NCBI GenBank assembly: GCA_040225955.1
Contig: JBECUL010000004.1
Coordinates: 8,297-72,296 of the forward strand
Origin: Candidatus Asgardarchaeum abyssi
GTDB taxonomy: Archaea > Asgardarchaeota > Asgardarchaeia > Asgardarchaeales > Asgardarchaeaceae
Length of the DNA: 64,000 bases
Direction of reading: 5' to 3'
Position 1 is the first letter of the stretch. Every line of letters starts with the position of its first letter. Position numbers and translations under genes: made by a program. Below the pieces are notes generated by a model. The model searched no databases and was not told the DNA's origin. It worked only from the letters and a program-made list of their open reading frames with translations. Positions 42,150-51,868 of this stretch are shown in pieces.

Positions 42150-42468
42150 AAGATTTTAACTATCTTTTAGAATACCATACGATCTTTCAACAACATATTT
42201 GTTTCTCTCGCTCTTATTCCAGCTCTTCTCTCAAATTCAAAACTTATAGCTTTATTGGTTGCATTTTAGGAGGTGTTGTTACAGTCGTAATAATAACCAT
42301 CATCATTTCGGAAAATTAAAGGTGAAAGTTTCCTCATTCATTTTCAGCATAACTATTAGTACTTTAATTGCAGCTATAACCTATATAACAGTTGGTTTAC
42401 TGGTTGGTAGGTATTACATATCTCATCTTCAACTAACAGTTAAGATTTATAAATCAGAGAGAATTTAA
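42150..42468 (+). pseudogene. Degraded membrane-protein gene remnant
   Basis: Hydrophobic reading frames broken by stops or frameshifts (VSLALIPALLSNSKLIALLVAF* ... ISTLIAAITYITVGLLVGRYY). Confidence 0.35.
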
Positions 42469-42612
42469 AGTAAGTGAGGATATGAAAAATAAAAACTGGA
42501 TTGCGAGATTCATAGCATTAGCTGTTGTTTGGTAGGCATGTAAATCGATTTGGTCAGTTATCATTATTTTCTTAACCATAACTATCGAATAAACTTAATC
42601 TAAGTGATTATC

Positions 42613-43593
42613 ATGGAGAAAACTTCATTTGAGCTCGTACCAACCGCACCATATGATTTTGATCTACAATGGAAATTTTATTCTTCTTCGAAAGAACCAC
42701 AACCAGAAATTTATAAGAATGGTATCTGGAGACGGGCTTTTAAAATCGACGATAGATTAATTCCAGTGGCAGTTACCTCTACTGGTACGATAGAAAAACC
42801 AAGATTGGAAATCAATGTATTCTCCAAACTCAATACAAAAGAAGAGAAATATATATTGAGTAAAATCACAGATATTTTTAGATTAAGAGATAATCTTAAA
42901 GCATTGTATGACTTTATGGAACAAGATAAGATACTTCGTAGGGTAAAGAACAAACTTTACGGTTTGAGACCGCCAGGAATAGGAGCGAATATATTTGAGG
43001 GAGCGATCAGAGTAATAATCCAGCAACAGATTTCTTTACAGGTTGCATATGTCATGACAGGGGCATTAGTCAAAAGATTTGGAGAGAGAGTAAAAATTAA
43101 CGGTGAGTTGTATTACGATTTTCCTTCACCACAAGTATTAGCAAACGCTGATGAAAATGAATTGAGGATGTGTAAATTATCTCGCCAGAAATCTAAATAC
43201 ATCAAAGAACTCGCATTGAAGGTTGTCAATGGATACGATTTGGAAAAAATTAAAAGATTGAATAATGAGGAAGCAATCGATGAGTTGATGAAGTTTAAGG
43301 GAATTGGAAGGTGGACGGCCGAGTTGATATTGATAACAACATTGGGGAGAATGGATCTCTGTGTTCCTGACGATCTCGGAGCCAGAAAAGCGGTTTCATA
43401 TTTCTATTTTGACAGAAAACTTCAATCTGGGGATGAGGTTAGAAGGTTCACGAAAAGATGGGGCAAATTCAAAGGATGGATAATTTATTATTTAATATGT
43501 GCTTATAATATGGAAAACAAGAAGAAGAGGTGTAAAATGGAAAAACAAGAACTATACGATAAGGAACCAGTTTGGGCGAGTGGTGCCAAGTGA
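42613..43593 (+). CDS. alkA: DNA-3-methyladenine glycosylase II (AlkA family)
   Basis: IIQQQIS, FPSP, KGIGRWTA HhH motif and PDDLG. Confidence 0.9.
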   Translation: MEKTSFELVPTAPYDFDLQWKFYSSSKEPQPEIYKNGIWRRAFKIDDRLIPVAVTSTGTIEKPRLEINVFSKLNTKEEKYILSKITDIFRLRDNLKALYDFMEQDKILRRVKNKLYGLRPPGIGANIFEGAIRVIIQQQISLQVAYVMTGALVKRFGERVKINGELYYDFPSPQVLANADENELRMCKLSRQKSKYIKELALKVVNGYDLEKIKRLNNEEAIDELMKFKGIGRWTAELILITTLGRMDLCVPDDLGARKAVSYFYFDRKLQSGDEVRRFTKRWGKFKGWIIYYLICAYNMENKKKRCKMEKQELYDKEPVWASGAK

Positions 43594-43598
43594 TAAGT

Positions 43599-44243
43599 AT
43601 GGGCACAAAACTTCAAAAAATAGTGGAAATTCTATCAAAGAAATACGAAATCAACGAGTGGTGGGGAGAATATACTCCATTTGAAATATTGGTCAGCATA
43701 ATCTTGTCTCAGCGAACTTACTGGAAAAATGTTAAAATCGCAACCGAAAGGTTTAGCAAGAAATTTGATTGTGTTGAAGATGTTGCAAATGCAAGCGTGA
43801 AAGAAATTGAGGAAGTTATTAAACCGGCGGGTTTATATCGGGTTAGAGCTCGAATAATTAAAAATATCGCCAAAGATTTGGTTGAAAAATATGATGGGAA
43901 GCTGGATAAAATATTGGTTCTTCCATATAATGAGGCTAAGAAAAAACTGATTTCAATAAAAGGTATTGGACCAAAAACCGCGGATGTCTTTTTAATGGCG
44001 ATTAGAGGAGAACAAGTTTTACCTGTCGATGTTCACATTTTCAGAATAATGAAAAGGCTAGGAATAGCCGATGAAAGAGATAATTATGATAGTTTGAAAG
44101 CAAAACTTGAAGCAGATATACCGCCAAATCAGAGGACAGAAATCCATTTAATATTAATAGAATTTGGGAGGCAGATTTGTAGAGCACAAAATCCAAAATG
44201 TGAAGAATGTCCGATTAAAAAATATTGTAAGGTGCAAGGTTAA
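43599..44243 (+). CDS. nth: Endonuclease III family glycosylase/AP lyase
   Basis: ILSQRT, KGIGPKTA, PVDVH and the 4Fe-4S motif CRAQNPKCEECPIKKYC. Confidence 0.9.
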   Translation: MGTKLQKIVEILSKKYEINEWWGEYTPFEILVSIILSQRTYWKNVKIATERFSKKFDCVEDVANASVKEIEEVIKPAGLYRVRARIIKNIAKDLVEKYDGKLDKILVLPYNEAKKKLISIKGIGPKTADVFLMAIRGEQVLPVDVHIFRIMKRLGIADERDNYDSLKAKLEADIPPNQRTEIHLILIEFGRQICRAQNPKCEECPIKKYCKVQG

Positions 44244-44264
44244 AAATGCTTTCGTCGTACCAAA

Positions 44265-44358
44265 CATATAAAAATTCGCGAGCCCTCGAAAACTCAAAAT
44301 TTCTCTGAAAGAAATTTTGCCCTTCGAGACGCCTTTTGAAACTGTTACGGTTTATATG
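44265..44358. repeat. Nested imperfect inverted repeat downstream of nth
   Basis: CATATAAA/TTTATATG, CTCGAA/TTCGAG and CAAAATTTCT/AGAAATTTTG arms nested around a 5-nt loop. Confidence 0.55.
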
Positions 44359-44508
44359 GATTTATATACTTGTTCGGCTCCTTCAATAAGTTAACAGAAC
44401 TTGTTTTAAAGTAATGACTACATATGTTAGCGATGAAACAACTTCAAGATACTGAAAATATATTTTGAAATATATGTGGTAATGAGTAAGTTAATCGGGT
44501 GTTCATGA

Positions 44509-45657
44509 ATGAAGAGTTACAAATTCTACATAACGACAACAACAGGAATTGAGGACATAACTAAGGAGGAAATAGAGAATCTCGGAGGAAGGGTTACTGA
44601 AATAGCTCGAGGGAGAATAAGTCTGGAGGCCGATCTTGATTTTATTTTCAGAGCGAATTACTTGATGCGAACTGGGCATAAAGTAATTCTTGTACTAATC
44701 GAGGAGGAAAATATTAAGACTTTGGATGATGCATATAACCTTGTAAGAAGCTTCGATTTCAGCGAATACATAGGTAAGGATCAAAGCTTTGCTGTCAAAT
44801 TTGATAGAGTTGGTGAACACGATTTTACAAGCGTTGACTTGAGTGCGAGAGTAGGTAGCGCAATAATCGCATCGTACAAAAGTTCTACTGGTCATAGACT
44901 TAAGGTTAACCTTAAAAATCCAGATGTGGAGTTTGAAGGAAAGCTGATCAATGATAAATTTATTCTTGGTATAAATACATCTGGCGAGTCTCTACATAAA
45001 AGAAGATATAGAGTTTCTCAGCACATCGCTCCACTAAAACCCACAATAGCCTACACGTTAGTAAAAATAAGTAATTGGACAGATAAAACAGATAAGGTAT
45101 TGGTAGACCCTATGTGTGGCTCAGGTACAATATTAATTGAAGCTGCACTGTTCTTAAAAAATATACCGCCAGGATATTTCAGGTCTGATTATTCATTAAA
45201 GAGACTTATATTCTATGACGAAGATAGGTTTTTCAAACTGAAGGAGAAATATGACGAGAAAATAAAATGGGACGCAACAGCACCATTGTATGGAATAGAA
45301 ATTGATAAGAAATTCTTTAACGGAGCTATTGAGAATGCAAAATCCGCTAAGGTTTCTGATACAATAACATTCATTTTAGGAGATGGAACAAAAATGGATG
45401 AGCTTTTACCCGTAGAACCTAACATAGTGGTAGTAAACCCACCCTATGGAAGAAGGCTAGGACGAAAATGCGGCGTTGAAGGATTATATGAGAAATTTGT
45501 GGATAAATTGTCAAAAAATAGTAGTATTGAAAAAATAGTTATAATGACTGCTAATAAAAAGATGGAGATATTAGCAAAGAAGTACTTTAAACTTGAAGAG
45601 AAAAGAGTTATACTCTATGGAACTCTTTCAACACTTATATACACATTTTCGAGATAA
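44509..45657 (+). CDS. trm14: THUMP-domain tRNA (guanine-N2)-methyltransferase, Trm14-like
   Basis: THUMP domain, GESLHKRRYR, DPMCGSGTILIE and NPPYG. Confidence 0.85.
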   Translation: MKSYKFYITTTTGIEDITKEEIENLGGRVTEIARGRISLEADLDFIFRANYLMRTGHKVILVLIEEENIKTLDDAYNLVRSFDFSEYIGKDQSFAVKFDRVGEHDFTSVDLSARVGSAIIASYKSSTGHRLKVNLKNPDVEFEGKLINDKFILGINTSGESLHKRRYRVSQHIAPLKPTIAYTLVKISNWTDKTDKVLVDPMCGSGTILIEAALFLKNIPPGYFRSDYSLKRLIFYDEDRFFKLKEKYDEKIKWDATAPLYGIEIDKKFFNGAIENAKSAKVSDTITFILGDGTKMDELLPVEPNIVVVNPPYGRRLGRKCGVEGLYEKFVDKLSKNSSIEKIVIMTANKKMEILAKKYFKLEEKRVILYGTLSTLIYTFSR

Positions 45658-45778
45658 CTTAAAAATCATAAGAATTAACAACCTCAATTCCTATTTCGGA
45701 TAATTCTTGAAGTTTATTCTATTAAGAATAAAAAGATAATTGCTATCTAGCTAAAATCAGCTCATTTCGGAATGCTTT

Positions 45779-47443
45779 TTAACAACTTTTCAAAAGAGAA
45801 TATATTACTTCAACTACACGATCTGTCGCCATACCATCTAATTTATAAACGTGATTATAAAGGAATTGTTTCCTTTTCTTGGCTAGCTCCTTCTGAATTT
45901 TTTCGTCAAATAGAGCCTTTTGCAGTGTTGGAAGTAAGTCATCGGATTTATAAACACCCAACGCAGCTCCTTCTTTGACCCAAGGAAGAATCTCTGGTAA
46001 ATTGAATAGGTTTACCACTACGACTGGTTTATCTAATATCATAGCCTCTAAGATGGTAGTTGAAGTTAAGGAAATATACAAGTCACAAACAAATAACGCT
46101 TCATACGTATCTGATTTTGGTGGTAGTACAGTAGCATTGCATTTGAGTTCTTTTAGTCTTTGCAAGTGCCACTCTGAATTTTCTCTCGGATGAGGTTTTA
46201 TCACTATCTGTATATTGGGTATTTTCTTTAATGCGAGTAATACATTGTCAAAGAATTGAATCCTAACGTCTTCTAAGGGAAAGGGTTGAGTTCCTATTAA
46301 AACAATTTTCTTTTTTACATCTAAATTGTATCTCTTACAGAATTCTGTTCTGTCATAAATTTCATTGGAAAATTTTAAAATGTCATATCTAGACGCTCCA
46401 GTTACAACGACAGATGATTTAGGATATGCACTAACTTCAGTAAGTAGCCACTTATAATAAGGACCATACACAGCAGTTTTTGTTGGAATTGGAACGTATT
46501 CAGAAGAGAGAGCTTCGCTTTCGGAAATCTCATCCTTTAAATACATATACCCTGGGTGATATTTACTAATTACTCCATGTTGTAGTGCAAGAGTTGGTAT
46601 TCCCATAAGGCGTGATGTAAAAACTAACGACCTTTCAAATCCACCATACTCATTAGTTAACATAACAAGATCTGGTCTCTTGTCTTCTAGAATTTTTAGA
46701 GAGAGTTCATAATAAAGTGCCATTATTGGAAGGAACATCTTGTAGTAATACTCAAAATAATCTCTAAAAGCTTTAAGAACATCAACATTACGATATACAA
46801 GCTTATTCTTTGCAACTTTATTCTTACTTAATAATCTCCAAGTTCTAATAAAATGCCTTCTTGCTTTAATAACTCTAATAAAGATATCCCACGAAAAATA
46901 CCATTCTAATGGTTTAAATTCGCCTAGGGAGTGTCTATTACGTATTTCAATAGCGGTTTTAAGATATCTAAAGAATCTTAGTCCAAAAGAAGTAGTTGAG
47001 TAGAGTTGCAAATCAGAATTTACTTTACGTAATTTCCTTATGATAGAGTCAAACATTAAGTTTCCTCTACGAGTCTTCTTAGTCCGTGGGTCGTATAAGT
47101 CTCGCCATATGCCGAATTGAGAAGTGTAAAGTATTTTTCTCCTTCGCTTCTTGCTTTTAGTCTTTGGAAAAAGTAATCTTGATATGAAAGCAACGAATGG
47201 AATATATAAAAAGAAGTATAGTAGACTTTTTATTCTTGCAGAAATTAAAATTTTAGTAGAAATCCTACGATATGGCTTATTAGTTTTAAAAAACTTAAGT
47301 AGATCATAATAAAGCCTGATGTAAAGGATCCACCATAAAGCAAAACCTCGGTACTTTGTGGTTTCGAGTAAAGTTTTATCATGGATGACTTTTCTATTTC
47401 TAATTTCATGTACCCAATGTAATAGTTTATCCATTAAAGACAC
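45779..47443 (-). CDS. GT-B-fold protein, candidate nonulosonic acid transferase
   Basis: LQHG, VTGASRYD, IKPHPRE, STTILEAMILDKPV and DGMATDRV; divergent from neuA. Confidence 0.6.
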   Translation of the reverse strand: MSLMDKLLHWVHEIRNRKVIHDKTLLETTKYRGFALWWILYIRLYYDLLKFFKTNKPYRRISTKILISARIKSLLYFFLYIPFVAFISRLLFPKTKSKKRRRKILYTSQFGIWRDLYDPRTKKTRRGNLMFDSIIRKLRKVNSDLQLYSTTSFGLRFFRYLKTAIEIRNRHSLGEFKPLEWYFSWDIFIRVIKARRHFIRTWRLLSKNKVAKNKLVYRNVDVLKAFRDYFEYYYKMFLPIMALYYELSLKILEDKRPDLVMLTNEYGGFERSLVFTSRLMGIPTLALQHGVISKYHPGYMYLKDEISESEALSSEYVPIPTKTAVYGPYYKWLLTEVSAYPKSSVVVTGASRYDILKFSNEIYDRTEFCKRYNLDVKKKIVLIGTQPFPLEDVRIQFFDNVLLALKKIPNIQIVIKPHPRENSEWHLQRLKELKCNATVLPPKSDTYEALFVCDLYISLTSTTILEAMILDKPVVVVNLFNLPEILPWVKEGAALGVYKSDDLLPTLQKALFDEKIQKELAKKRKQFLYNHVYKLDGMATDRVVEVIYSLLKSC

Positions 47444-47633
47444 CTATGTGTGACTAAGAGACATTATAATTTGATTTAAAAAGGCTTTTTATAAAATTTA
47501 CTAAATAGTTCTTTATCATAACAATGATGCATGATTCGACAAATAGGCAACACTTAATTTTAAAGAAAAATTCATTAGTATAGTGATTTTGTAGATTTTA
47601 TAAGGACTCATAAATTAAGGTGGTTCAACGCAG

Positions 47634-48332
47634 ATGGATATATTAGCTGTTATCCCTGCACGTGGTGGTTCTAAAGGAGTCCCAAGGAAAAACATTAGAT
47701 TGTTAGTGGGTAAACCTCTGATAGCTTATTCTATAGAAGCCGCTAGAGGATCAAAGTATGTATCAAGGTTGATTATCTCTACTGAGGATGAGGAAATTGA
47801 AAGAATTTCAAAAAATTTGGGTGCTGAAGTAATAAGTCGCCCTCAGGAACTGGCCAAAGATAATGTACCAACGGTGGATGTTGTTTTACACGTTCTGGAT
47901 GTTCTTCGAGAAAGAGAAAAATATATTCCAGATGTTGTAATAGCTCTGCATCCTACATCCCCTCTTAGAACGAGTATGGATATAGATGGTGCAGTTGAAA
48001 AATTTTTGAACTGTCAAGATTGTTTATCTTTAATCAGTGTTACAGAATTTGAGAAACCACCTTTTTGGGCACTAAAAATTGAAAATGGATATATATCGCC
48101 TGTATTTGGTGAAAAATATTTTAAAATGATGAGACAAGAACTACCAAAAACCTATAAGCCAAATGGAGCCATATTTATGGCAACTCCAAAAGTCTTATAT
48201 CGCTACAGAACATTTTATACCCCAAAAACCTTAGCATATATAATGCCTCCAGAAAGAAGCGTGGACATAGATACCGAATTTGATTTTATATTGGCTGAGT
48301 ATATACTTAGTAAGGGAAATAAACAGAAATGA
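47634..48332 (+). CDS. neuA: Acylneuraminate (nonulosonate) cytidylyltransferase
   Basis: IPARGGSKGVPRKN, PTSPLR and SVDIDT. Confidence 0.93.
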   Translation: MDILAVIPARGGSKGVPRKNIRLLVGKPLIAYSIEAARGSKYVSRLIISTEDEEIERISKNLGAEVISRPQELAKDNVPTVDVVLHVLDVLREREKYIPDVVIALHPTSPLRTSMDIDGAVEKFLNCQDCLSLISVTEFEKPPFWALKIENGYISPVFGEKYFKMMRQELPKTYKPNGAIFMATPKVLYRYRTFYTPKTLAYIMPPERSVDIDTEFDFILAEYILSKGNKQK

Positions 48333-48360
48333 TCTTAATTAAGTTTATGAGGTAAAAGAA

Positions 48361-49260
48361 ATGGAGAACATATCAGTCGTGAGTGTTGTTCATCCATCAT
48401 CTATAAAATTCCTCGATAGCTATTTAAATTCTATGATGAAACAAACTTTTAGCGATTTTAAACTAATTTTATTTGGCCATGGTGTTAATAAGGATGATAT
48501 ATCTTCAAAATTAGATAGATATGACACCTTAGATGTGATTTTCAAACAAGTTAGAAAAGACTTGACAATACCAAAAGTTAGAGAATTTATTACGGAATAT
48601 ATTAAAAAAACCGACAGTGACATCTGTATCTTTACAGATAGTGATGATTTTGTTGACGAAAACTTTGTTAAACTGTTATCAGAAGAACTTATAAAAGGAG
48701 GATATAAAGTAGTTTTCTCAGATGTCACCCTTTATTATGAAAAAACTAAAAGAGTAATTTACAATTATTTTTCAGGACTGATTCCAGATGAGGTTGATTT
48801 AAAATTTATACTTGAAAAAAATTGTTTAGGTTTTGGGAATACGGGAATATCTTTGGATATAATTGATGAGAATATCTCATTTCCAGATGATATAATTGCT
48901 GTAGATTGGTGGTTTTTTACAAGAATATTATATAAAGGACTTACAGCAAAATTTGTTCCTCGAACCTTTATTTATTATAGATTATATGAGGATAATATAG
49001 CGGGCTTTTCAAATTTAAATAAAGAAAGAATAATTCATGGAGCAAATGTGAAGAGAATACATTATAAAAATCTACTTGATTTGGGGCAACAATTTATAAT
49101 ATTGTATGAGGAATATAATTGCTTATACAAGAAACTTGAAAGTGATAAAAGCTTTGAGAAACGATATGTAAATTATATTTTAAACAAATACAAACAGTCA
49201 AGATATCTGTGGTGGGAACCAATAGAAAGAGTTAGGTGGCTAGAATGTCAAGAGAAGTAA
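48361..49260 (+). CDS. Glycosyltransferase family 2-like (GT-A)
   Basis: FTDSDD (DxD), AVDW and YYR. Confidence 0.75.
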   Translation: MENISVVSVVHPSSIKFLDSYLNSMMKQTFSDFKLILFGHGVNKDDISSKLDRYDTLDVIFKQVRKDLTIPKVREFITEYIKKTDSDICIFTDSDDFVDENFVKLLSEELIKGGYKVVFSDVTLYYEKTKRVIYNYFSGLIPDEVDLKFILEKNCLGFGNTGISLDIIDENISFPDDIIAVDWWFFTRILYKGLTAKFVPRTFIYYRLYEDNIAGFSNLNKERIIHGANVKRIHYKNLLDLGQQFIILYEEYNCLYKKLESDKSFEKRYVNYILNKYKQSRYLWWEPIERVRWLECQEK

Positions 49261-50306
49261 AAATTGGAAATTATGTTGTGAAAAATTTCAGCGAGCCTTT
49301 TATAGTTGCGGAAATTGGGGCTAATCATAATGGTGATATAAATCTTGCAAAGAAACTGATTAAACTGGCTAAAGATGCAGGAGCCCATGCTGTTAAATTT
49401 CAGGAATGGACTAAGGAAACTTTATTCTCCTCAATCATATACAAGAATAATAAGGAGCTGGAAAGGGAATTGGATGAATGGAGCTTAAGTTATGATGATT
49501 TAGAGCTCCTCAAAAAATATAGTGATGAGATTGGTATTCTATTTGGGTGCACAGCAACAACAAAAAAGGGTGTTGACTTCTTAGTTGATGAGTTGGATGT
49601 TGCATATTTAAAAGTAGCATCTCAGGATGTTAATAATTATCCTTTGTTAAAACATATGGCAAAAAGCCAAAAACCTATAATCCTTTCTACCGGTATGGCA
49701 ACATTGGGTGAGATAGATAGCGCTGTAAAAATATTTGAAGAAAACAATAACCATAATCTAATACTTCTCCACTGCGTATCCCTTTATCCGCCTGTAGAAG
49801 AAGAAGTCAATCTGTTAAATATCGATTTGTTGATGTCCCTTTATGAATACCCTATAGGGTATTCGGATCATACAATTGGCATATCTATTCCTCTAGCTAG
49901 TGTAGCAAGAGGCGTAGCATTGATAGAGAAACATTTTACGATCGATAAAAATATGGTTGGCTGGGATCATAAAGTCTCAGCAGATGTGGAAGATATGAAG
50001 ATATTGGTATATGAATCAAAAAGGATAGCGCGTGCATTAGGACACTATAGAAGAACATTATCAAAAAGAGAAATTGAGCAGAGAATGAAGATGAGGAGAA
50101 GCATTGTGGCAGTTACGGATATTCCTCAAGGTAAAATAATAGAAGAGAAAGACATAGGGCTAAAAAGACCAGGTACTGGCTTAAGTCCTAAGTTTTGGGA
50201 TATCGTAGTTGGGAGTAGAGCTAAAAGAGATATTAGAAAAGATGAATTAATTTCTATTAGTGATATAGATATCATTAAGCCTAAGGATTATAAATTGGAG
50301 GAATAA
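49245..50306 (+). CDS. neuB: N-acetylneuraminate/nonulosonate synthase with SAF domain
   Basis: AEIGANHNGD, KVAS, LSTGM, GYSDHT, IEKHFT and KRPGTG. Confidence 0.94.
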   Translation: MSREVKIGNYVVKNFSEPFIVAEIGANHNGDINLAKKLIKLAKDAGAHAVKFQEWTKETLFSSIIYKNNKELERELDEWSLSYDDLELLKKYSDEIGILFGCTATTKKGVDFLVDELDVAYLKVASQDVNNYPLLKHMAKSQKPIILSTGMATLGEIDSAVKIFEENNNHNLILLHCVSLYPPVEEEVNLLNIDLLMSLYEYPIGYSDHTIGISIPLASVARGVALIEKHFTIDKNMVGWDHKVSADVEDMKILVYESKRIARALGHYRRTLSKREIEQRMKMRRSIVAVTDIPQGKIIEEKDIGLKRPGTGLSPKFWDIVVGSRAKRDIRKDELISISDIDIIKPKDYKLEE

Positions 50307-50307
50307 T

Positions 50308-50757
50308 ATGAGCCGTTTTAAAAAATGGGAATATCCCAAAATAGAGCACGGAAAGCTGACAAAATGGAATTGGATGGTTCAATATCCTGATGGCCTTAAG
50401 CTTGGAAAGTATACGGACATAGGCGCATTCACATATATAAATGCAAAATACGGGGTAATTATAGAAGACTACGTTCAGATAGGTTCTCATTGCTCTATAT
50501 ATTCTGAATCAACAATAGACAATAAAAAAGGACAGATCATAATCAAAAGAAATGCACGAATTGGGAGTCATAGCGTGATAATGCCCGGAGTGACAATAGG
50601 AGAGAATGCGATTGTTGGTGCCTTTAGTTTCGTTAATAAAGACGTCCCTGATAATACAGTTGCATTTGGAATTCCTATTAAAATTGTTAGAAAGTTGACA
50701 GAGGAGGAAATTAAAAGATTATTGAAGGAGATTGAAGATGAAAATTCCTCTGTTTAA
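50308..50757 (+). CDS. Hexapeptide-repeat acyltransferase
   Basis: IGSHSVIMPGVTIGENAIVGAFSFV left-handed beta-helix repeats. Confidence 0.9.
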   Translation: MSRFKKWEYPKIEHGKLTKWNWMVQYPDGLKLGKYTDIGAFTYINAKYGVIIEDYVQIGSHCSIYSESTIDNKKGQIIIKRNARIGSHSVIMPGVTIGENAIVGAFSFVNKDVPDNTVAFGIPIKIVRKLTEEEIKRLLKEIEDENSSV

Positions 50758-51868
50758 AATTTATTGGGATGAAGAGGACATAAAGGCAGTCGAAGAGATA
50801 ATTCGTTCTAGTATGAACTGGTGCGTAGGACGCCAAATAGAAGAGTTTGAAAATATGCTAAGGGATTATTTAGGTGTAAAATATTGCTTAACATTCAACT
50901 CAGGAGGCTCTGCGCTTTATGCCTTAATGCTAGCATACAAATTCAAGCCAGGAGATGAAATAATAGTTCCCTCATTTACATTTATAGCCACCGCATATGC
51001 CCCTTTATATGTGGGAGCTAAACCTATTTTTGCCGATGTTGAGTTTGAAACCTTTGGTTTGGACCCGGAGGACGTTAAAGAAAGAATATCGCCAAAGACA
51101 AAAGCAATAATGCCTATTCACTATGGCGGTATGCCGTGTAAAATTGAAGAACTTAAAGAGGTTGCAGAAGATTATAATTTAATATTAATTGAAGATGCTG
51201 CAGAATCGTTTGGAGCTAAGTTTAAGGGGAGATATGTAGGAACCTTTGGCGACTCTGCAATATTTAGCTTTTGTCACAATAAAGTTTTTACAACAAGCGA
51301 GGGTGGGTGCGTAGTAACAGATAACAAAGAGATATATGAAAGACTTAAACTAATAAGATCTTATGGAAGGATCGTAAAAGGCGATTACTTCGTAAATCCC
51401 GAGTATTTAGATTATGTTGAAATCGGTTATAATTTTAGAATGTCCACAATATTAGCAGTATTGGGAATTTCTCAGTTGAAGAAAGTTAATAAAACAATAG
51501 CTATGAGAAAGAAAAATGCTGAATTTCTTAATAAAGAACTAGGAAAAATCGATGATATCGTAGTTCCTGAACCCCCTTCTGAAGATTATTATGTGGTTTA
51601 TCAGATGTATACTATTAGAGTATTAAGAGGAAAAGAAGTTAGAGATAAGTTAATGAGATTTCTTAAGGATAAAGAAATTACAACTAGAATATATTTTGAT
51701 CCTCTCCATAAATATTCGATATTTAAGAAGCTTGGCTATGAACATATCAAATTGCCTAATACGGAAAAACTTTCCTCTCAAGTCTTAACTTTACCTATGT
51801 ATCCTAGTATGACAAAGGAAGAGCTCGAGTACATAATTAGTAGCATCAAAGAATTTTTCGAGAAGTGA
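50738..51868 (+). CDS. DegT/DnrJ/EryC1/StrS sugar aminotransferase
   Basis: VPSFTFIAT, IEDAAES, FSFCHNKVFTTSEGG and GYNFRM. Confidence 0.93.
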   Translation: MKIPLFKIYWDEEDIKAVEEIIRSSMNWCVGRQIEEFENMLRDYLGVKYCLTFNSGGSALYALMLAYKFKPGDEIIVPSFTFIATAYAPLYVGAKPIFADVEFETFGLDPEDVKERISPKTKAIMPIHYGGMPCKIEELKEVAEDYNLILIEDAAESFGAKFKGRYVGTFGDSAIFSFCHNKVFTTSEGGCVVTDNKEIYERLKLIRSYGRIVKGDYFVNPEYLDYVEIGYNFRMSTILAVLGISQLKKVNKTIAMRKKNAEFLNKELGKIDDIVVPEPPSEDYYVVYQMYTIRVLRGKEVRDKLMRFLKDKEITTRIYFDPLHKYSIFKKLGYEHIKLPNTEKLSSQVLTLPMYPSMTKEELEYIISSIKEFFEK

